A stretch of DNA of 18,013 bases, from assembly GCA_051747805.1 (NCBI GenBank), contig JBNJGP010000052.1, positions 1 through 18,013 of the forward strand, given 5' to 3'. Shown here piece after piece: positions 1 to 8,062 of the stretch (the first letter of the stretch is position 1; each line of letters begins with the position of its first letter). This DNA is from Candidatus Muiribacteriota bacterium. GTDB taxonomy: Bacteria; Muiribacteriota; Muiribacteriia; Muiribacteriales; Muiribacteriaceae. Both the position numbers and the translations under genes were made by a program. Below the pieces are notes generated by a model, which made no database searches, was not told the origin of the DNA, and saw only the letters and a list, made by a program, of their open reading frames with translations.

Positions 1-462
1 CACGTAAACTGTCTGCTTCCGGCACTTCAGGAACTTGAATTCAGAATTTCAGAAAGTATTCATTCAAGATTAGATGAAGAAAAAACAGTTGAAATAACAT
101 TAAATAAAAATGTATATGACGGAAGATACCTGGTTCTTCCCAAAGGGTTAAAGGGAGAGCTTGAGATAACAGAAACAGCGAGAGCCAAACCTCTTTTAAA
201 ACCAGGTAGAATACGGGCTAAAATAAAGTTTATTGATACCTGGTATGGAGATAGAATATATTTTAATCAGGAAGATTTTGAATTAGCCTCAAAACCTGTT
301 TTAAACCCTTTTTTTGGTGGTATAGGTTATATAGCAAGGGGAATAAAAGGAGGGTTGCTTCTTTTTGCAGGAACATCTACAGAAAATGTACTTGTTAAAA
401 AAAATTCAACTTTTAAAATAAGAACCCAGAAGAATTTAAGGATCTGGGGAATATCAGATTAA
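1..462 (+). CDS. Partial (5'-truncated) hypothetical protein, possibly TrbI/VirB10-like beta-rich domain
   Basis: Frame 1 is open from base 1 to TAA at 460-462 (HVNCLLPALQELEFRISESIHS...VYDGRYLVLPKGLKGELEITETARAKPLLKPGRIRAKIKFIDTWYGDRIYF...GGIGYIARGIKGGLLLFAGTSTENVLVKKNSTFKIRTQKNLRIWGISD*). Not in the ORF track because the start is outside the window. The 'LVLPKG..G.....GRI...F....G' pattern plus a Gly-rich hydrophobic segment resembles VirB10-like domains; family call is by eye only. Confidence 0.6.
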   Translation, partial: HVNCLLPALQELEFRISESIHSRLDEEKTVEITLNKNVYDGRYLVLPKGLKGELEITETARAKPLLKPGRIRAKIKFIDTWYGDRIYFNQEDFELASKPVLNPFFGGIGYIARGIKGGLLLFAGTSTENVLVKKNSTFKIRTQKNLRIWGISD

Positions 463-473
463 AATACCCGTAG

Positions 474-505
474 AAAGAAAAAACGCCCGTCAAAAGACGG
501 GCGTT
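474..505 (-). terminator. Rho-independent terminator for the XRE-cupin gene (may also act on the convergent + strand gene)
   Basis: Perfect stem AACGCCCGTC-AAAA-GACGGGCGTT (482-505). On the - strand the GC stem is followed by TTTTTTCTTT. It lies between two convergent stop codons. Confidence 0.85.
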
Positions 506-522
506 CAACTATGTATATAAAA

Positions 523-1074
523 CTACATGGTTGGAGGGGTCGCTACTAAAATAATTACCAGTTCAGTTTTTCCGATATTTTCGATTTTATCAAAAAGATG
601 TGAAGGTATATAAAGAGAATCGCCTTTATCTACCTGATAATCTTTAAGTTTATTTTTCAGTTTAACAACACCGTGTCCTTCAAGAACATAACCGTATTCT
701 TCGCCGGTATGTTTATAATCTTCTTTAGTAAAGGATTGATTAGCTGGAATATTAATTTTAAGAGGTTGTAATTTTTTTGTTATTGTAGCATCTACCAGGT
801 TCAGTACTTCTATGTCTTGATTCTTAACTTGCAATCTTGTGTACTGTTTTTGAGGATATACAACATCAGGAGTAGATGTATCATATAAAAAGAAAGTAGC
901 AAGTTCTGTATCAAGAACTCTTAATACAGCTTTTAAAGTTTTAAGAGATGGATCAACTACGTTTCTTTCAATTTGTGAAACAAGTGCCTGAGAAATACCT
1001 GCGTTATCCGCAAGATATTTCATTGTAAAACCTTTATTATTTCTTATTTTTCTTAGTTCTTCGCCTATGTTCAT
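523..1074 (-). CDS. XRE-family HTH transcriptional regulator with C-terminal cupin domain (PuuR/SutR-like)
   Basis: N-terminal HTH_3 (IGEELRKIRNNKGFTMKYLADNAGISQALVSQIERNVVDPSLKTL) and cupin motif (HTGEEYGYVLEG...GDSLYIPS). GGAGG SD on the - strand at 1084-1088. Confidence 0.9.
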   Translation of the reverse strand: MNIGEELRKIRNNKGFTMKYLADNAGISQALVSQIERNVVDPSLKTLKAVLRVLDTELATFFLYDTSTPDVVYPQKQYTRLQVKNQDIEVLNLVDATITKKLQPLKINIPANQSFTKEDYKHTGEEYGYVLEGHGVVKLKNKLKDYQVDKGDSLYIPSHLFDKIENIGKTELVIILVATPPTM

Positions 1075-1121
1075 ATTTAGTAACCTCCAGTTAAAAAACG
1101 TAATTTATTTCTTCAATATTC

Positions 1122-1150
1122 ATTATATGGGTTAAAAATATAATTGTCAA
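1122..1150 (-). promoter_or_regulatory. Consensus sigma70/sigmaA promoter of the XRE-cupin gene
   Basis: On the - strand TTGACA (1145-1150) - 17 bp - TATAAT (1122-1127): a perfect consensus. Confidence 0.85.
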
Positions 1151-1166
1151 GCCAATTATTATCATG

Positions 1167-1189
1167 TGATTAAAAAGACAAAAACGACA
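1167..1189. repeat. 23-bp direct repeat, copy 1 (TGATTAAAAAGACAAAAACGACA); putative regulator site
   Basis: 22/23 identical to 2175-2197; both copies lie just upstream of a - strand TTGACA box. Confidence 0.7.
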
Positions 1190-1233
1190 GGCTTTATTTT
1201 TGAGTTCACGGTATAAGCTCACTTTATAAAAAA

Positions 1234-1255
1234 GGTACGTGGTATTATATAAACT
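1234..1255 (+). repeat. Inverted repeat, left copy (GGTACGTGGTATTATATAAACT); possible extended -10 promoter or recombination site
   Basis: Reverse complement of 2251-2273 is GGTACGTGGTATTATATTAAACT: 17 bp exact, then one indel. Confidence 0.75.
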
Positions 1256-1299
1256 TTTTTTTCAATATTATTTAATTTTTTTTTACCGATAATTAAATT

Positions 1300-1776
1300 A
1301 TGGATAAATATATTAAAAAAACACAGATCTCTATAATCGGCGGTGCGAATTTTGATAGAAAAAATGAAATTATTGCCTATCAAATTGGTCAGCTTATTGC
1401 AAGAAATGATTTTATTCTTGTTAATGGTGGACTTGGTGGAGTTATGGAAGCTTCTGCAAGGGGTGCTAAAAGCGAAAATGGTTTAACTGTTGGAATTCTG
1501 CCTGTTTATGATAAAAATAAGGCTAATAAATATATTGATGTTGTTATTCCAACTGGAGTCGGACATTCAAGGAATGTTCAGGTAGCTTCTGCCGGGGAAG
1601 TTATTATTGCGGTTGGTGGAAGTCTTGGTACTCTTTCTGAAATATGTATTGCTTTAAAGCTTGATAGGCCGGTTATTACACTTCATAGCTGGGATATTCC
1701 TGAACTTGGGGCAATTAAAGTTGAAAATCCTAGAGAAGCTATGGATATGGCCTTATCTTTTATTTCAAAGATTTAA
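1300..1776 (+). CDS. TIGR00725 family protein (LOG/SLOG-like Rossmann-fold nucleotide-binding protein)
   Basis: Motifs ISIIGG, LVNGGLGGVMEASARGAK, GLTVGILP, ANKYIDVVIPTGVGHSRN and IAVGGSLGTLSEICIALKLDRPV are typical of this family. Confidence 0.85.
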   Translation: MDKYIKKTQISIIGGANFDRKNEIIAYQIGQLIARNDFILVNGGLGGVMEASARGAKSENGLTVGILPVYDKNKANKYIDVVIPTGVGHSRNVQVASAGEVIIAVGGSLGTLSEICIALKLDRPVITLHSWDIPELGAIKVENPREAMDMALSFISKI

Positions 1777-2104
1777 TAGCGTCCCACTCTGATTTAAGCA
1801 ATGGAACCAGCAGTTTTAACGAGGTAATGTTAAATAACATTTCAACAGGTTTTGTCAGGTTACAAAAGACAATTTTATGACCCGTTTTTAATAGTCCGTT
1901 ATAAATGCCAATAAACTGATTAAGGGCTGTTGAATTAAGATAGTTTAAATCTTTCATGTTGAAAACAATTTTTTTACGTTTAGTATTCTTTAATATTTCT
2001 TTAACCTTGGACTCAAAAAATCCTGAATCGTCCAGGTCAAATGAACCTATAGGAAATATTATTACATAATCGGTGTTTTCGTCAGCATTATACTTAATGT
2101 TCAT
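1760..2104 (-). CDS. STAS-domain anti-sigma-factor antagonist (SpoIIAA/RsbV-like), 114 aa
   Basis: GSFDL...IVFNMKDLNYLNSTAL (conserved phosphorylatable Ser position)...IVFCNLTKPVEMLFNITSL. Start moved to ATG 2104, which follows a G-rich SD at 2111-2116; the ORF-track TTG at 2161 is the -35 box. Confidence 0.85.
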   Translation of the reverse strand: MNIKYNADENTDYVIIFPIGSFDLDDSGFFESKVKEILKNTKRKKIVFNMKDLNYLNSTALNQFIGIYNGLLKTGHKIVFCNLTKPVEMLFNITSLKLLVPLLKSEWDAIKSLK

Positions 2105-2131
2105 ATAAATCCCCCCATCTTTATACATAAT

Positions 2132-2161
2132 ATTATATAAATTAAAGATGTTTTTTGTCAA
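2132..2161 (-). promoter_or_regulatory. sigma70-type promoter of the STAS gene
   Basis: On the - strand TTGACA (2156-2161) - 18 bp - TATAAT (2132-2137). Confidence 0.7.
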
Positions 2162-2174
2162 ATTTGAGCATATT

Positions 2175-2197
2175 TGATTAAAAAGACAAAAAAGACA
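2175..2197. repeat. 23-bp direct repeat, copy 2 (TGATTAAAAAGACAAAAAAGACA)
   Basis: 22/23 identical to 1167-1189. Confidence 0.7.
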
Positions 2198-2250
2198 ACA
2201 GGGTTGTGTTGATTTAATTTAAGCTGTTTCAGCCTAATTTTTAATAATTA

Positions 2251-2273
2251 AGTTTAATATAATACCACGTACC
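2251..2273 (-). repeat. Inverted repeat, right copy
   Basis: AGTTTAATATAATACCACGTACC is the reverse complement of 1234-1255 with one extra base. Confidence 0.75.
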
Positions 2274-2334
2274 GAAAAAAACATAAAACATATGGAAGGG
2301 CAAAACCTTTTATATAAAGCTTTAAATAAGATTT

Positions 2335-2363
2335 TTGCTCAAAAAATTAAAACAGGTTATAAT
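2335..2363 (+). promoter_or_regulatory. sigma70-type promoter of the 192-aa hypothetical gene (possibly also leuS)
   Basis: TTGCTC (2335-2340) - 17 bp - TATAAT (2358-2363). SD GGAGGGG precedes ATG 2399. Confidence 0.7.
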
Positions 2364-2398
2364 AATTAAAAAATATTTGTCTGATTCTGGAGGGGATT

Positions 2399-2977
2399 AT
2401 GTTTTCTGTTAAAATTTATAAAAGAATTATAAACTCTGATTTTTACTTTTTTATTTCAACCGGAGAGAATGCCTCGATAAAAAAAATATATTTAAACGAA
2501 GAAGAGGATAGTATTTTAAAATATCCGATGAATTTTCCTGTTCTTGATTTTTTATGTAGGGTTTCTGATATAAAAGAAAAATCAGAAATTCAATTTAAAA
2601 TAATTTTCACAAACCATAAAGAATTAAATTTTAATATAAAGCTTATAAATAATGAAGTTGAAATTTTAAAGGAAAGTGAAAAAATTTCTTATACAGATAA
2701 AAAAGAATTACCTTCACAAGTTTCTTCTCAGGAAATGGAAAGCAGAAAACAAATGGCATGTGAGTTTTTATTAAGTGATCCTGAATTTGCCTCAAATATA
2801 CAGGATTTATATGATGATGTTGATGCTGTAATAAAAAAAGGCGAAAAAATGGCACAGGAAGTTGCAAAAAAAACTTTATTAATTGAAGATAATGACAAAG
2901 CGATACAGTATATTCTATTTTATGTTTGTCATGCTCCCGATTCTGTTCAGAATAAGTTAATTGAAAAAGCAGGGTAA
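2399..2977 (+). CDS. Hypothetical protein, 192 aa, no recognised family
   Basis: Long ORF with a strong SD and an upstream promoter. Beta-like N-terminal half, low-complexity linker, helical-looking C-terminal half. Confidence 0.75.
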   Translation: MFSVKIYKRIINSDFYFFISTGENASIKKIYLNEEEDSILKYPMNFPVLDFLCRVSDIKEKSEIQFKIIFTNHKELNFNIKLINNEVEILKESEKISYTDKKELPSQVSSQEMESRKQMACEFLLSDPEFASNIQDLYDDVDAVIKKGEKMAQEVAKKTLLIEDNDKAIQYILFYVCHAPDSVQNKLIEKAG

Positions 2978-3089
2978 GGTTTGATAAACTCGGGATAGCC
3001 TGAAGATTGACTATTGTGGCTTTTTGTAAATTCATAACTGCTGTTGTGAATTGAAATTGTAGAAGACAGTATTTAAAAGGAGTATTTAA

Positions 3090-5594
3090 ATGAATAGTGA
3101 TTATAATTTTTCTGAAATTGAAAAAAAATGGCAGGGTTTATGGGAAGAAAATAAATTTCTTTATACAGATGAACGCTCTGAAAAAGATAAAATGTATGTT
3201 TTAACACAATTCCCCTATCCATCTGGAGATGGCCTTCATATGGGACATGCCAGGGTTTATACAATTGGAGATCTTTTATCCCGGTTTTATACCATGCTTG
3301 GCAAAAATGTTCTTTCGCCTATGGGCTGGGATTCCTTTGGGTTGCCAGCTGAAAACGCGGCTAAAAAAAGAAAAGTGGCTCCTGACGAATGGACATTATC
3401 TAATATAGAACAGATGAAAAGACAGATGAAAGCTCTTGGATTATGTTATGACTGGAATAGAGAAGTTACAACCTGTATGCCGGATTATTATAAATGGACT
3501 CAATGGCTTTTTCTGCAGTTTTTAAAAAATGGACTTGCCTATAAAGATAACTCTAAAGTTAACTGGTGTGCTACATGCGAAACAGTACTAGCAAACGAAC
3601 AGGTCAAAAATGGTCTTTGTGAGTACTGTGATAATGAAGTGGATAAAAAAGACCTTGAACAATGGTTTTTTAAAATTACCAACTACTCAGAAGAGCTTCT
3701 TGAAGACCTTAATAAACTCCCACACTGGCCGGAAAGAGTTAAGTCTATGCAGCAGAACTGGATTGGTAAATCAACAGGAGTTGAATTTGAGTTCAATGTT
3801 GAGGGCGAGGATGAAAAAATAAGTGTATTTACCACAAGAGCTGATACAGTTTTTGGAGTTACATATGCAGTTTTAGCTCCTGAACACCCTCTTGTTGAAA
3901 AGCTGGCAAAAAAATCAGATAATTATGAAAAAATCAAAGAATTTGTTAATAAAACGTTGAAAACTTCGGAATATCTTAGAATGGCTGAAGATTTTGAAAA
4001 ACAGGGGATTTCCCTAGACACCTTTTGTATAAATCCTTTAAATGGAGAAAAAATTCCGCTTCTTGTTGGTAATTATGTGATTTATGAGTATGGTACAGGT
4101 GCTGTTATGGCGGTTCCCGCCCACGATCAGCGTGATTTTGAATTTGCCGCTAAATACAATCTTCCGCTTAAGGTAGTTGTTCAGGATAATAAAAAATCGG
4201 TTAAGGCTGAAACCATGACAGAAGCTTTCTGCGGTAAAGGTAAAATGGTTAACTCTGGGGAGTTTAATGGAATGAGCAGTGATGAAGGAATTGAGGCTAT
4301 AGCCTTAAAAGCAGAAAATGAAGGTTTTGGTGGAAAAAAAGTTAATTTTAGATTACGAGACTGGCTTATTTCAAGGCAGAGATACTGGGGTGCTCCTATT
4401 CCTGTTTTATATTGTCAAAAATGTGGTATGGTTGCTGAAAAAGAAGAAAATCTTCCTGTGACGTTACCTTCTGTTGATGAACTTGACCTTCAGGCTAAAG
4501 GAAAATCACCTCTTGCCACATCAAAAGATTTTGTTAATGCAACCTGTCCTGAATGTGGGCAGAGCGCAAAGCGTGAAACAGACACCATGGATACTTTTAT
4601 CTGTTCGTCGTGGTACTATTACAGATATCCAACTGGGCAGAATAATAATCTTGCAATTGATAAAGATAAGGTTGATTACTGGCTTCCTGTAGATAAATAC
4701 ATTGGTGGCATAGAACATGCTATTTTGCATCTTCTTTATTCCAGATTTTTTGCAAAAGCTCTTAAAGATTTTGGCATTATTAACGAGGATGAACCTTTTA
4801 AAGAACTTATTGCGCAGGGAATGGTTAATTTAAACGGAGCAAAAATGAGCAAATCAAGAGGAAATGTTGTGAATCCTCTTGATACTATTGATAAATACGG
4901 AGCTGATACTACCCGGCTTTTTATACTTTTTGCGGCTCCGCCTGAAAAAGATATTGAATGGTCTGATGAGGGGATTCAAGGTTGTTTCAGATTTTTAAAA
5001 AGAGTTTATAATATTTTCTCTCAGGGTTTGAACTTTTACAGCAGAGAAAGGCAACAAGTTAATTTTGATAAATTACAGGATAGTTCCAGAAAAGTTTATA
5101 GAAAACTTCATCAGACAATTGAAAAGGCAACAAAAGACATAGCCCAGCGTCATCAGTTTAATACTGCAGTAAGCGCTTTTATGGAGTTTTTCAATACTTT
5201 TTCACCTTATTTAAATAAACTTTCACAAAGTAATATTAAAGAGGAAGATAAAGCTATTGTTTCTGAAACGCTTGAAAGCCTTATTAAGATGATGGCCTCA
5301 TTTACACCTCATTTAGGAGAAGAACTCTGGAGTGAAATGGGCAATAAAGAATCTGTGTTTAATGAAAAATGGCCAGAATTTGTAGAGGAATACTGCGTTG
5401 AGGATAAGCTTGAAATACCTGTTATGGTTAATGGCAAACTAAGGGATAAGTTATTTGCTTCGCACAGCTTTACAGCAGAGGAAATAAAAAAATCCGCCTC
5501 AAAACTTGATAAAATTGTTAAGCATATTGGCGAAAAAAAGGTTATAAAGACAATTTATGTTCCTGGTAAACTAGTAAATTTTGTTGCAAAATAA
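3090..5594 (+). CDS. leuS: Leucine--tRNA ligase
   Basis: FPYPSGDGLHMGH (HIGH), KMSKS, DWLISRQRYWGAPIP, RETDTMDTF, YIGGIEHAILHLLYSRF and C-terminal VPGKLVNFV. SD AAGGAG upstream. Confidence 0.98.
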   Translation: MNSDYNFSEIEKKWQGLWEENKFLYTDERSEKDKMYVLTQFPYPSGDGLHMGHARVYTIGDLLSRFYTMLGKNVLSPMGWDSFGLPAENAAKKRKVAPDEWTLSNIEQMKRQMKALGLCYDWNREVTTCMPDYYKWTQWLFLQFLKNGLAYKDNSKVNWCATCETVLANEQVKNGLCEYCDNEVDKKDLEQWFFKITNYSEELLEDLNKLPHWPERVKSMQQNWIGKSTGVEFEFNVEGEDEKISVFTTRADTVFGVTYAVLAPEHPLVEKLAKKSDNYEKIKEFVNKTLKTSEYLRMAEDFEKQGISLDTFCINPLNGEKIPLLVGNYVIYEYGTGAVMAVPAHDQRDFEFAAKYNLPLKVVVQDNKKSVKAETMTEAFCGKGKMVNSGEFNGMSSDEGIEAIALKAENEGFGGKKVNFRLRDWLISRQRYWGAPIPVLYCQKCGMVAEKEENLPVTLPSVDELDLQAKGKSPLATSKDFVNATCPECGQSAKRETDTMDTFICSSWYYYRYPTGQNNNLAIDKDKVDYWLPVDKYIGGIEHAILHLLYSRFFAKALKDFGIINEDEPFKELIAQGMVNLNGAKMSKSRGNVVNPLDTIDKYGADTTRLFILFAAPPEKDIEWSDEGIQGCFRFLKRVYNIFSQGLNFYSRERQQVNFDKLQDSSRKVYRKLHQTIEKATKDIAQRHQFNTAVSAFMEFFNTFSPYLNKLSQSNIKEEDKAIVSETLESLIKMMASFTPHLGEELWSEMGNKESVFNEKWPEFVEEYCVEDKLEIPVMVNGKLRDKLFASHSFTAEEIKKSASKLDKIVKHIGEKKVIKTIYVPGKLVNFVAK

Positions 5595-5598
5595 ATAC

Positions 5599-5627
5599 TT
5601 GCACAAAGAAAAATGCTCTGATAATAT
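5599..5627 (+). promoter_or_regulatory. sigma70-type promoter of the purB leader
   Basis: TTGCAC (5599-5604) - 17 bp - extended -10 TGn-TAATAT (5622-5627). The -10 context TCTGATAATATC is shared with 13341-13352. Confidence 0.7.
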
Positions 5628-5666
5628 CGTAGGCATTAAAAGAATTTAAAATAAAAAAATTGTTGA

Positions 5667-5743
5667 GAATATACGTATAATACCGCCGATACGGGGTGGA
5701 AGTTTCTACCGGAAAACCGTAAATTTTCCGACTACGGATATTC
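5667..5743 (+). ncRNA. Purine (guanine-sensing) riboswitch aptamer upstream of purB
   Basis: Canonical layout: P1 ...CGUA, J1/2 UAA, P2 UACCGCC/GGUGGAA with loop GAUACGG, J2/3 GUUUCUAC, P3 CGGAAAA/UUUUCCG with loop CCGUAAA, J3/1 AC (C discriminator = guanine), UACG. Confidence 0.95.
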
Positions 5744-5761
5744 ATCAGGTATTAAATATAT

Positions 5762-5790
5762 AAAACCGGTGAATATTCACCGGTTTTTTT
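5762..5790 (+). terminator. Riboswitch expression-platform terminator (OFF switch)
   Basis: Perfect 26-bp palindrome AAAACCGGTGAATATTCACCGGTTTT plus T tract. The 3' P1 strand ATATTCATCAGGT (5738-5750) can alternatively pair with ACCGGTGAATAT (5765-5776), forming an antiterminator. Confidence 0.9.
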
Positions 5791-5807
5791 ATTTTCAGGA
5801 GGAAATA

Positions 5808-7100
5808 ATGATAAGTAGATATAAAACAGAAGAAATTGAAAAAATATGGTGTGAGGAAGGTAAGTTCAAAGCTTATACAGAAGTTGAAATTCTAGCATGT
5901 GAAGCTTGGAATAAGCTTGATAAAATTCCGGACGCTGATTTAGAAAATATTAAGAGTAAAGCAGATTTTCAGGTTAATAGAATAGAAGAAATTGAAAAAA
6001 TTACAAATCATGATGTTATAGCCTATGTTGAAAATCTTTCTGAAAATATTGGAGCCTCAGGACGTTTTGTACATATGGGGCTTACCTCCTCTGATGTTGT
6101 AGATACTGCCTTAACCTTAAGGGTAGTTCGCTCCTGTGACTTTATTATTGATGAGGCCAGAAATCTAATAAAGAGTTTAAAAAATAAAGTAATTAAATAT
6201 AAAAACACTGTCTGTCTCGGTAGAACCCATGGAGTTGCTGCAGAACCTACAACTTTTGGAGTTAAACTGGGAGTTTATTATAAAGAAATGCAGAGAAACC
6301 TTGAGAGATTAAAAAAGGCCAAGGACTGTGCGTCTGTTGGAAAACTTTCTGGAGCTGTTGGAACTTATTCAAATATAGAACCTTTTGTAGAAAAGTATGT
6401 ACTAAACTCTTTAAATTTAAAAACTTCTCCAGTTTCCGGGCAGGTAATTCAAAGGGATAGAATAGCCGAAATTATGTGGGCGCTATCCCTTACAGGAGCA
6501 ACAATGGGAAAAATTGCCCTTGAAATCAGACATTTACAGAGAACAGAAGTAAGAGAGGCACAGGAAGGATTTAAAAAGGGGCAGAAAGGAAGTTCTGCCA
6601 TGCCCCATAAAAAAAATCCAATTATTTCTGAAAGATTATCTGGACTGGCAAGGGTTTTACGGTCCAATTTAAGTGCTGCCCTCGAAAATATTGCTCTATG
6701 GCATGAACGCGATATATCACATTCCTCTGTTGAGAGAATTATTATTCCAGACTCTTTTCATCTAACCCATTATATGCTGAAAAAAACTATATGGCTAATA
6801 GATAATTTGATTGTAAATGAAGAAAAAATGCTTCAGAATATTGAAAGTTTAAATGGTCTTATCTTTTCGCAGAAAGTGCTTCTTACTTTATGTAATAAAG
6901 GCATGAAAAGAAAAGATGCTTATATGCTTGTGCAGAGGAATTCGATGAAAAGCTGGGATGAGAATTCTGCTTTATGCAAGAATTTAAAAGAAGATAAAGA
7001 GGTTTGTCAAGTTCTTTCAGAAAAAGAAATCGATGATATTTTCAATATAGACCATTATTTAGAACACATTGATTATATATATGAAAAAATGGAGGTTTAA
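5808..7100 (+). CDS. purB: Adenylosuccinate lyase
   Basis: MISRY start, HMGLTSSDVVDT, GRTHG and signature GSSAMPHKKNP. Start set at ATG 5808 after AGGAGG; the ORF-track GTG 5769 lies in the terminator. Confidence 0.97.
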   Translation: MISRYKTEEIEKIWCEEGKFKAYTEVEILACEAWNKLDKIPDADLENIKSKADFQVNRIEEIEKITNHDVIAYVENLSENIGASGRFVHMGLTSSDVVDTALTLRVVRSCDFIIDEARNLIKSLKNKVIKYKNTVCLGRTHGVAAEPTTFGVKLGVYYKEMQRNLERLKKAKDCASVGKLSGAVGTYSNIEPFVEKYVLNSLNLKTSPVSGQVIQRDRIAEIMWALSLTGATMGKIALEIRHLQRTEVREAQEGFKKGQKGSSAMPHKKNPIISERLSGLARVLRSNLSAALENIALWHERDISHSSVERIIIPDSFHLTHYMLKKTIWLIDNLIVNEEKMLQNIESLNGLIFSQKVLLTLCNKGMKRKDAYMLVQRNSMKSWDENSALCKNLKEDKEVCQVLSEKEIDDIFNIDHYLEHIDYIYEKMEV

Positions 7101-7101
7101 A

Positions 7102-7818
7102 GTGGAAATGGAAAAAATTTATGAGGGAAAGGCAAAAACTCTTTATAAGGGCCCGGCAGAAAACGAGCTTTTTATTTACTTTAAAGATGACACAACAGCT
7201 TTTGATGGCAAAAAAAAGGAAACAATGAAAGAAAAAGGTGAAATTAATCTTAAAATAACAAGGTATATTTTTAAGTATCTTGAAAAAAATGGTATTCCAA
7301 CACATTATCTGAAACCTGTAGATGAAAAAACTATTCTTGCCAAAAAGGTAGAAATATTACCTGTTGAATTTATTATTAGAAATATAGCCGCGGGTTCGCT
7401 TACGCGCCGGGTAGGTATTACTGAGGGGACTTTATTAAATAATGTTATCCTGGAATACTGTTATAAAAGCGATAAATACGGAGACCCTTTTATTAATCCA
7501 TATATTATTCAGGCAATGGAACTTGCAACAGATGAACAGTTGAGACGGGCTTCGGAATATACTTTCAGAATAAATCATCTTCTTAAAAGTCTTTTTGATA
7601 AAGTTGGAATAGACCTTGTTGACTTTAAAGTAGAGTATGGAATTGACCCTGATGGAAACTTGCTGCTGGCAGATGAAATTTCACCTGATTCCTGCAGGTT
7701 ATGGGACAAAAAAACAAAAGATAAACTGGATAAAGATGTATTCAGAAAAGAAACCGGAAATATGATTGATAAGTACAGGGAAGTTTTAAATAGACTTAAG
7801 GAGGACCTTGATGATTAA
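7102..7818 (+). CDS. purC: SAICAR synthetase
   Basis: IYEGKAKTLY, FKDDTTAFDG, DFKVEYG, LADEISPDSCRLWD, LDKDVFR. Start is GTG 7102 (or ATG 7108) after GGAGG at 7091-7095. Confidence 0.96.
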   Translation: MEMEKIYEGKAKTLYKGPAENELFIYFKDDTTAFDGKKKETMKEKGEINLKITRYIFKYLEKNGIPTHYLKPVDEKTILAKKVEILPVEFIIRNIAAGSLTRRVGITEGTLLNNVILEYCYKSDKYGDPFINPYIIQAMELATDEQLRRASEYTFRINHLLKSLFDKVGIDLVDFKVEYGIDPDGNLLLADEISPDSCRLWDKKTKDKLDKDVFRKETGNMIDKYREVLNRLKEDLDD

Positions 7819-8062
7819 GATAAGGGTTAGAATTAATCCAAAACCTGGTATTTTAGACCCGGAAGGAAAGGCTATAAACCTCGGATTACATAATTTAGGA
7901 TACAATCAGGTAGATAATGTGGTAACGGGAAAGATAATTGATTTAAAAATTAATCATAATGATTTAGAAAAAGCAAAAGATGAAGCCAAAGATATGTGTG
8001 ACAGACTACTTGCAAACCCGCATATGGAAAATTATGAAATAGAAATCCAGGAGGATGTATGA
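7811..8062 (+). CDS. purS: FGAM synthase subunit PurS
   Basis: KPGILDPEGKAI...MCDRLLANPHMENY. ATG 7811 follows AAGGAGG and overlaps the purC 3' end. Confidence 0.95.
   Translation: MIKIRVRINPKPGILDPEGKAINLGLHNLGYNQVDNVVTGKIIDLKINHNDLEKAKDEAKDMCDRLLANPHMENYEIEIQEDV

Noticed and set aside
1233..1250. sigma54 promoter reading of AGGTACGTGGTATTAT
   Set aside because: GG is present but the required GC 10 nt downstream is absent.
2294..2311. GGGCAAAACC resembling the start of a c-di-GMP-I riboswitch
   Set aside because: The downstream GNRA stem and GACGCAAAG core are missing; it is only a small hairpin.
2163..2343. 8-bp inverted repeat TTTGAGCA / TGCTCAAA near the two divergent -35 boxes
   Set aside because: Too short to distinguish from chance in AT-rich DNA.
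2978..3089. T-box leader for leuS
   Set aside because: The spacer is too short and has no T-box sequence or terminator/antiterminator.
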